Shown piece after piece: positions 58,525-64,000 of a stretch of 64,000 nt of DNA. Origin of the DNA: Bdellovibrio sp. Its GTDB lineage: Bacteria; Bdellovibrionota; Bdellovibrionia; Bdellovibrionales; Bdellovibrionaceae. The stretch is from positions 1,920,001 to 1,984,000 of the forward strand of contig JAKFCY010000002.1 of NCBI GenBank assembly GCA_036676395.1, written 5' to 3'. The stretch's first letter is position 1. Each line of letters starts with the position of its first letter. Position numbers and translations under genes: made by a program. The notes below the pieces were generated by a model. That model saw only the letters and a program-made list of their open reading frames with translations. It was not told the DNA's origin and did no database searches.

Positions 58525-61128
58525 ATGAAACAAGATCAACTATCTAATACACCTGCCCGCATCTATTTAACTGATTATAAAGCTCCGGATTTCAATATTA
58601 AAGATATCCACCTTTATTTTAACTTGCACGAAACCCAAACCGTTGTGACGGCTAAAATAAACTTCTCGCGCGTGAGCACGGCGAAAGATTTAGTTCTTGC
58701 TGGTGGCGAGCACATTAAACTTTTATCGCTATCAATTAACGGTGAAAAGCTTGAAGCCAACCGTTTTCAAGTTGAAGGCGAAACTTTAACGATCAAAGAT
58801 GTTCCGGCTGAATTTTTATTACAGTCTGAAGTTGAAATTAATCCTGAAGCGAACAAATCTTGTGAAGGATTATATTTATCTGGCGGAATTTTCTGTACGC
58901 AATGTGAAGCTGAATCTTTTAGAAAGATCACTTACTTTTTAGATCGTCCCGATGTGATGACAACTTACACGGTTGAAATGGAAGCGGATGAGAAAAAATA
59001 TCCACATCTTTTATCAAACGGCGATAACATCTCTAAAAAATCATTAGGCAACGGCCGTCACCACGCTATGTGGAAAGACCCATTTAAAAAACCGAGCTAT
59101 TTATTTGCTTTAGTAGCTGGCGACATGGGCGTGATCAAAGACACGTTCACAACTAAATCCGGCAAAACTGTAAAACTAGAAGTCTATGCCCCGCATGGAA
59201 AACAAGAGCGTTGTAAACACGCCATGGTTTCATTACAAAAATCAATGCAATGGGACGAAGAGCGTTTTGGTTTAGAATACGATCTTGGCACTTACATGAT
59301 CGTATCGATTGATGATTTCAATATGGGCGCCATGGAAAACAAAGGCTTAAACGTATTTAATTCACGTTTAGTTTTAGCTGATGAAAAATCGGCGACTGAC
59401 ACTGATTTTGAAATGATCGAATCAGTCGTGGGCCATGAATACTTTCATAACTGGACAGGAAACCGCGTCACTTGCAGAAACTGGTTTGAGCTTTCGTTAA
59501 AAGAAGGTTTAACCGTATTCCGTGACCAAGAATTTTCTGCCGATATGAATTCTCGCTCGGTACAAAGAATTAAAGATGTCGACTCATTACGTTCACGTCA
59601 ATTCACTGAAGACGCAGGGCCAAATGCTCACCCCGTTCGCCCAGAATCATGCTTAGCTGTTGATAATTTCTATACCGCAACGATTTACGAAAAAGGCGCT
59701 GAAGTCATTCGTATGATGCAGACAATTGTTGGTCGTGATGGCTTTAGAAAAGGTATGGATGAATACTTTAAACGCCATGATGGCCAAGCTGTGACGATTA
59801 TTGATTTCGCTGAAGCGATTGCCGCTCCTAATAAGGCTGATTTTTCTCAGTTCAAACGTTGGTATTCACAAGCTGGTACTCCGGTTGTAACGGTAACTGA
59901 AAATTATGATCAAGCTTCAGAAACACTAACGTTAACTTTGGCACAGGCTTCTGAATTAACGCTGACCGAAAAACAAGAGAAAAAAGAAAAGTTACCTTTT
60001 CATATTCCATTAAAATTTGGTCTTATTGATCAAACAGGCAAAGAAAATCTTGAGCATAACCAAGTTTTAAATTTAAAAGAATCAACACAAACTTGGACAT
60101 TCACAGGTATTGCGACTCGTCCGGTAGTTTCACTTAATCGTGAATTTTCAGCTCCGGTTAAATTAAAATGGAATCGATCGAACGCAGATCTTTTACATTT
60201 AATTAAATTTGATACGGATGCTTTTAATCGCCGTGAATCTTGCAGTAAAATGCTTTTTGATGAAACGACAAAATTAATCACAGCTTATCAAAATAAAACT
60301 GATCTAAAACCAAATCCAGAAATTATTCAGTCGTTAGGTTATGTGCTAAACGATACGGCGATCGATGCGCAATTTAAAGCGCTAATCTTATCGATGCCTT
60401 CTGATAGCCAGTTAGCCCAAGAACAAGCTGTTCTTGATCCGGCAGCGTTTTTTAATGCAAAGCTTGCGATCAAAAAAGCCTTTGTCAGTGCGTTTAACAA
60501 TGACCTTGTTTCTACGTACACTAAACATCACAGCCTAAATAGCATTGGTGATCGCGCTCTTAAAAATAAAATTTTAGGTTTCGGTGTTGCAACTGAAAAT
60601 GCAGACTGGATTGCTTTAGCTGATAAACAGTATTGGTCAGCACAAAACATGACTGATAAAATTGCAGCCTTAAGCTGTTTAGCTGAAACTCACTCTGAGT
60701 TAACAGATAAAGCGTTAAATGATTTTCATGCGACTTGGAACACAGACAGTGTGGTCTTCAATAAATGGTTAACTGTGCAAGCCACTAGCAGCTCAGAAAA
60801 AACATTTGCACGCGTTCAGGCGGCAACTACGGCTAAAGGTTACGATCAAACTAATCCAAATAACCTGTACAGTCTTCTTGGAGGCTTTGCCGGAAATTAC
60901 CTACGTTTTCACACAGATAGCGCGCAGACATATAAATGGTTTTCCGATGAATTATTGCGTATTGATAAAGTAAACCCACAAGTTGGTGCTCGTTTAGCAC
61001 AAGCTTTCAATTTTACGAAAAAGTTGCCGACGCACTTAAAAGCTTTAGCACAAACTGAAGTTCAACGAATGTTGGCCAGTGATACCTTATCAAAAAATGC
61101 ACGCGAGCTTTTAGAAAAAACTATGTAG
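58525..61128 (+). CDS. pepN: Aminopeptidase N (M1)
   Basis: GAMEN, HEYFH..., LKEGLT, YEKGAE. Start at ATG 58525 after an AAGGA RBS. Confidence 0.97.
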   Translation: MKQDQLSNTPARIYLTDYKAPDFNIKDIHLYFNLHETQTVVTAKINFSRVSTAKDLVLAGGEHIKLLSLSINGEKLEANRFQVEGETLTIKDVPAEFLLQSEVEINPEANKSCEGLYLSGGIFCTQCEAESFRKITYFLDRPDVMTTYTVEMEADEKKYPHLLSNGDNISKKSLGNGRHHAMWKDPFKKPSYLFALVAGDMGVIKDTFTTKSGKTVKLEVYAPHGKQERCKHAMVSLQKSMQWDEERFGLEYDLGTYMIVSIDDFNMGAMENKGLNVFNSRLVLADEKSATDTDFEMIESVVGHEYFHNWTGNRVTCRNWFELSLKEGLTVFRDQEFSADMNSRSVQRIKDVDSLRSRQFTEDAGPNAHPVRPESCLAVDNFYTATIYEKGAEVIRMMQTIVGRDGFRKGMDEYFKRHDGQAVTIIDFAEAIAAPNKADFSQFKRWYSQAGTPVVTVTENYDQASETLTLTLAQASELTLTEKQEKKEKLPFHIPLKFGLIDQTGKENLEHNQVLNLKESTQTWTFTGIATRPVVSLNREFSAPVKLKWNRSNADLLHLIKFDTDAFNRRESCSKMLFDETTKLITAYQNKTDLKPNPEIIQSLGYVLNDTAIDAQFKALILSMPSDSQLAQEQAVLDPAAFFNAKLAIKKAFVSAFNNDLVSTYTKHHSLNSIGDRALKNKILGFGVATENADWIALADKQYWSAQNMTDKIAALSCLAETHSELTDKALNDFHATWNTDSVVFNKWLTVQATSSSEKTFARVQAATTAKGYDQTNPNNLYSLLGGFAGNYLRFHTDSAQTYKWFSDELLRIDKVNPQVGARLAQAFNFTKKLPTHLKALAQTEVQRMLASDTLSKNARELLEKTM

Positions 61129-61132
61129 TCAG

Positions 61133-61170
61133 ATTAACAAACTCACACGAAAGTATGGGTTTGTTAATTC
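61133..61170 (+). terminator. pepN terminator hairpin
   Basis: ATTAACAAACTCACAC-GAAA-GTATGGGTTTGTTAAT directly after the pepN stop. Confidence 0.7.
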
Positions 61171-61177
61171 TTCGTAG

Positions 61178-61219
61178 CACTCTTAAGTCGGATGTTGACC
61201 GTCGTCCGCGCGCGTCGAT
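61178..61219 (+). repeat. Left 42-bp inverted repeat
   Basis: CACTCTTAAGTCGGATGTTGACCGTCGTCCGCGCGCGTCGAT. Confidence 0.92.
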
Positions 61220-61272
61220 GGACGCTTAGTCTGTGCTATTGTGAACACAGGCTGAGCGAATAAGATTAGCGA

Positions 61273-62175
61273 CTAATCTTTTTTTAATAAAAACTTTTTA
61301 AGTTCCTGCTGAAGAAGTTTAACTCTTATATCCGCGCTGCTCTGCTGAGTTAGCGAAAAACAAATTCGGTGTTTCCCAAATCCTTTGCTTTGAATGCCTT
61401 TGACTGAAATTTTTCTTAAGTGTCCAGACTCTACATCAGATTTCGCTAAGCGTTCTGGCAAAACAGCGATTCCAAGACCAGCAAGGGCAAAAGCTTTAAC
61501 TGAAATAAATGTATCAAGCTTATAGCATTCTGAAAATTGAATTTCATTTTTTATGAAATGATCTCGAATAGACAACCCATCCTCATCATAAGCCTTTTCT
61601 ACATAAATAAAATTTTTGGCGTCAGACATTTCGTCATATTTTTTCGATATAAAGAAATTAAAAACATCGGTGTAAAGAACATGTGAATCCCATTGTGGGC
61701 CAACTTGGGGCTCAGCATTGACTATTACATCAAGGACACCTGATACGAGTTTACCCCAGTGGTCCTTTTCGTCGCGTGTGATAAGTTTAATTTTAAGTTC
61801 GGGATGGGATTTTGAAAACTGCTTTAAAAAAGCCGGCCATAAATAGGTTACCAGCGTTTCGTATGAAGCGACCCTTAACTCACCTGAATAAGGCTGATTG
61901 CCTGAGTTAATTTTTTCGCTGGTGTCACCGATGGAAGCTTCAATCTTTTCATAAAGAGACAGTATCAATCGACCCGTTTCAGTTAATGTCACGCCTTTGA
62001 CAGACCTAACTAAAAGCTTTTTATTGATAACGCCTTCGAGGGTTGCAATTGAACGTGACAATGCTGGTTGAGAAATTTTCAGTTCTCTAGAAGCTTTGTG
62101 AAAGGATCCTAGCTTCGCCACAACAGTGAAGTTGCGTAATTTCTCTAAATGTAGTGCCAATTCATTTTTGTCCAA
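61273..62175 (-). CDS. LysR-family transcriptional regulator
   Basis: F..VA..GSF.KAS.EL.ISQPALSR.I..LE and LT..G, plus a substrate-binding domain. Confidence 0.95.
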   Translation of the reverse strand: MDKNELALHLEKLRNFTVVAKLGSFHKASRELKISQPALSRSIATLEGVINKKLLVRSVKGVTLTETGRLILSLYEKIEASIGDTSEKINSGNQPYSGELRVASYETLVTYLWPAFLKQFSKSHPELKIKLITRDEKDHWGKLVSGVLDVIVNAEPQVGPQWDSHVLYTDVFNFFISKKYDEMSDAKNFIYVEKAYDEDGLSIRDHFIKNEIQFSECYKLDTFISVKAFALAGLGIAVLPERLAKSDVESGHLRKISVKGIQSKGFGKHRICFSLTQQSSADIRVKLLQQELKKFLLKKD

Positions 62176-62281
62176 CTAAACTCCAAACGATAACCAAAAG
62201 ACATCACTATATGTATGTCAATGCATTATATATATCAAGAAGAAATCGGTATTGTCGTCTCATCTTAACAAGGAGAAAAAG

Positions 62282-62824
62282 ATGAAAACGTTAATAGTAT
62301 CGATAACACTTCTGGCGAATAGCATGGCTTTCGCTACAACTTTTAAAGTCACTGATCCAGTGACAACGACAGAACGCATCGTGGTTTCTATTGCGAACAT
62401 TTCATGTCAGAAGGGTCCGTTTGGCATGTCTCAACTTCAGGTAAGACTTGCGAAACAGGTTGGCAGCCCAGATCATAACGGAGTTTTGAAATCAGACTTC
62501 ATGGGCACACTTGGCGATGATGGCTGTAATGCCATTATCATGAATCTACTAAAATTCTCTAATGGCATAACTGTTGAGTTAGAGGCAAAGGTTGAAACTC
62601 GTTCGGTCGTCAAGCTCGTGGATTCGGGTTCATATAACTGTGAAGGCGCTCAGCAAGAAGTCGTTAGCATGAACGTAAATGGAACAATGGCGAGAGAAAG
62701 TATTTTTACTTCTGAAGGCTTATTGAGTTGTCCAGATGGAATCTATCCTTATCATGTGAGCTCACGAGATAATGTCATCTATGTTCTTCACGAAAACGGA
62801 ATTCCTACAAGCTCTGAATATTAA
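62282..62824 (+). CDS. Secreted Cys-containing hypothetical protein
   Basis: AAGGAG RBS, ATG 62282, signal peptide ending AFA, four Cys. Divergent from lysR. Confidence 0.75.
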   Translation: MKTLIVSITLLANSMAFATTFKVTDPVTTTERIVVSIANISCQKGPFGMSQLQVRLAKQVGSPDHNGVLKSDFMGTLGDDGCNAIIMNLLKFSNGITVELEAKVETRSVVKLVDSGSYNCEGAQQEVVSMNVNGTMARESIFTSEGLLSCPDGIYPYHVSSRDNVIYVLHENGIPTSSEY

Positions 62825-62829
62825 CCTCT

Positions 62830-62871
62830 ATCGACGCACGCTGACGACGGTCAACATCCGGCTTAAGAGTG
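62830..62871 (-). repeat. Right 42-bp inverted repeat
   Basis: Plus strand ATCGACGCACGCTGACGACGGTCAACATCCGGCTTAAGAGTG. Confidence 0.92.
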
Positions 62872-62877
62872 TAAGCA

Positions 62878-62917
62878 AAAATTAAAAAACCCACATCCCA
62901 AACTGAGATGTGGGTTT
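62878..62917 (-). terminator. Terminator of the VOC gene
   Basis: Minus strand AAACCCACATCTCA-GTT-TGGGATGTGGGTTT followed by a U tract. Confidence 0.8.
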
Positions 62918-62934
62918 AAAAACAAAACTTTCTT

Positions 62935-63426
62935 TTAAGGCGTTTGCCCTTTTGAATACATTTCGTTCATTTTTTGTTTCATTAATTCCATAGGTACATC
63001 TTCAACATGAGTTCCGATTGACCAAATATGCCCGAACGGATCTTTGAAGGTTCCGGTGCGATCGCCGTAAAATTGGTTTTCTACCGGACGTAACGTTTCC
63101 ATTCCTGCTTCAACTGCTTTTTTAGCTGCGGCATCGACATCTTCGACGTACATCATAAAAGACACTGGCGTACCTTTAAGGGCTAGCGGCCCTTGTGTCT
63201 TCATCGTGTGCTGACCTTCAGTATCCATTTCTGAAGTCATCATTAGAATCGAATTTCCGATTTTAATTTCTGCATGCATGACTTTGCCATTAGGCATATC
63301 CATGCGCATAAGTTGTTCGGCCCCGAACGCGCGTTTATAAAATTCAATCGCTGTGGGTACATCATTAACAACGATGTAAGGTGTGATAGTTGAGTATCCT
63401 TTAGGAATAGCTTCGGCTTTTGCCAT
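62935..63426 (-). CDS. VOC/glyoxalase (PhnB-like) protein
   Basis: TPY.V....AIEFY..AFGA, HAE..IG.S, FYGDR.G...DPFGH.W. ATG 63426 after GAGGAG. Confidence 0.92.
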   Translation of the reverse strand: MAKAEAIPKGYSTITPYIVVNDVPTAIEFYKRAFGAEQLMRMDMPNGKVMHAEIKIGNSILMMTSEMDTEGQHTMKTQGPLALKGTPVSFMMYVEDVDAAAKKAVEAGMETLRPVENQFYGDRTGTFKDPFGHIWSIGTHVEDVPMELMKQKMNEMYSKGQTP

Positions 63427-63512
63427 ATATAATCTCCTCTTGATTTGGTGTGCGCAAATATCTAAGCACACCAAACCAGAGACGCAGATCGACTTATGCC
63501 ACTTGTTATAAA

Positions 63513-64000
63513 TTAAATTTGATTACGGCACTGCTTCAAGAATTCAGAACGCGTATCACCGCTCACTTTGAATTCGCCACGAAGATCAGTCGTTGTCGTT
63601 GAACTGTGCGAATCTTGAATACCGCGCGCAATCACACAATAATGTCTTGCATTGATATGAACGGCAATGTCTTCAGTTTCTAAGATGTAAGATAAGCAAT
63701 CAGCGATTTGCTTTGTTAAACGCTCTTGCACCTGCGGACGGCGCGAGAAAAATTCAACAATGCGGTTAATTTTTGATAAACCGATCACTTTTTTATTAGG
63801 AATATAGGCCACCGTTGCAAAACCATCAATCGGTTGAAAGTGGTGTTCACACATCGACATCACTTCAATATTTTGTACACACACCATTTGGTCGTACTTC
63901 ATTTTGTTTTCAATAACCGTCATCGCCGGAAAATTTTCAGGATGCAAACCACCGAACACTTCGTTGACATACATTTTTGCAATACGCTTTGGCGTATCAC
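63513..64000 (-). CDS. folE: GTP cyclohydrolase I (5' end beyond the window)
   Basis: [22 protein letters not shown]....[12 protein letters not shown]...RG. Confidence 0.96.
   Translation of the reverse strand, partial: DTPKRIAKMYVNEVFGGLHPENFPAMTVIENKMKYDQMVCVQNIEVMSMCEHHFQPIDGFATVAYIPNKKVIGLSKINRIVEFFSRRPQVQERLTKQIADCLSYILETEDIAVHINARHYCVIARGIQDSHSSTTTTDLRGEFKVSGDTRSEFLKQCRNQI

Larger units (their letters stand above)
61178..62871. mobile_element. Putative non-autonomous cassette bounded by 42-bp inverted repeats (lysR + secreted gene)
   Basis: 61178-61219 and the reverse complement of 62830-62871 are 39/42 identical. No transposase or clear TSD. Confidence 0.5.

Noticed and set aside
62841..62847. 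CUGACGA hammerhead-like core in the right inverted repeat
   Set aside because: The other copy has CGGACGA, and no properly placed GAAA or stems were found
61178..62871. Tn3/IS assignment or integron attC for the inverted repeats
   Set aside because: No GGGG or TG termini, no TSD, no transposase, and no RYYYAAC/GTTRRRY boxes
1..64000. CRISPR arrays, tRNA/rRNA, prophage, dif or oriC
   Set aside because: No regularly spaced repeats, cloverleafs, phage genes, dif consensus or DnaA-box cluster were seen by eye; intergenic space is small

Overview
AT-rich, densely coded bacterial chromosome segment. Gene content and order point to a predatory Bdellovibrionota (Bdellovibrio/Pseudobdellovibrio-like); this is inferred, not proven. 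No rRNA, tRNA, CRISPR array, transposase or integrase was recognised. From left to right: (1) a porin plus periplasmic-binding-protein pair divergent from a hybrid histidine kinase, followed by secreted hydrolases (protein-glutaminase-like, PHB-depolymerase-like, YiiX amidase); (2) a minus-strand ribF-(aroE-like)-pilB-pilT-like-pilC-pilS-pilR-mipA type IV pilus cluster; (3) a CHASE2 kinase with a sigma54 regulator; (4) a long minus-strand envelope cluster: ybeY, prfB (programmed +1 frameshift), lolC/E, lolD, bamA, skp, lpxA, gnnA-like, lpxB, lpxK, lpxL, DUF3108, GT9; (5) mazG; (6) a ~12.7 kb Agl/Glt-type gliding operon with a VWA lipoprotein and a GYF-PilZ protein; (7) a mixed accessory/housekeeping right arm. 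The most unusual signals are three. First, a duplicated 40-nt uORF-containing leader sits at the same offset before both TPR genes of the gliding operon. Second, a 1.7 kb lysR plus secreted-gene cassette is bounded by 42-bp inverted repeats with no transposase. Third, a secreted ADP-ribosyltransferase-like gene is bracketed by a duplication of its neighbour's 3' end.
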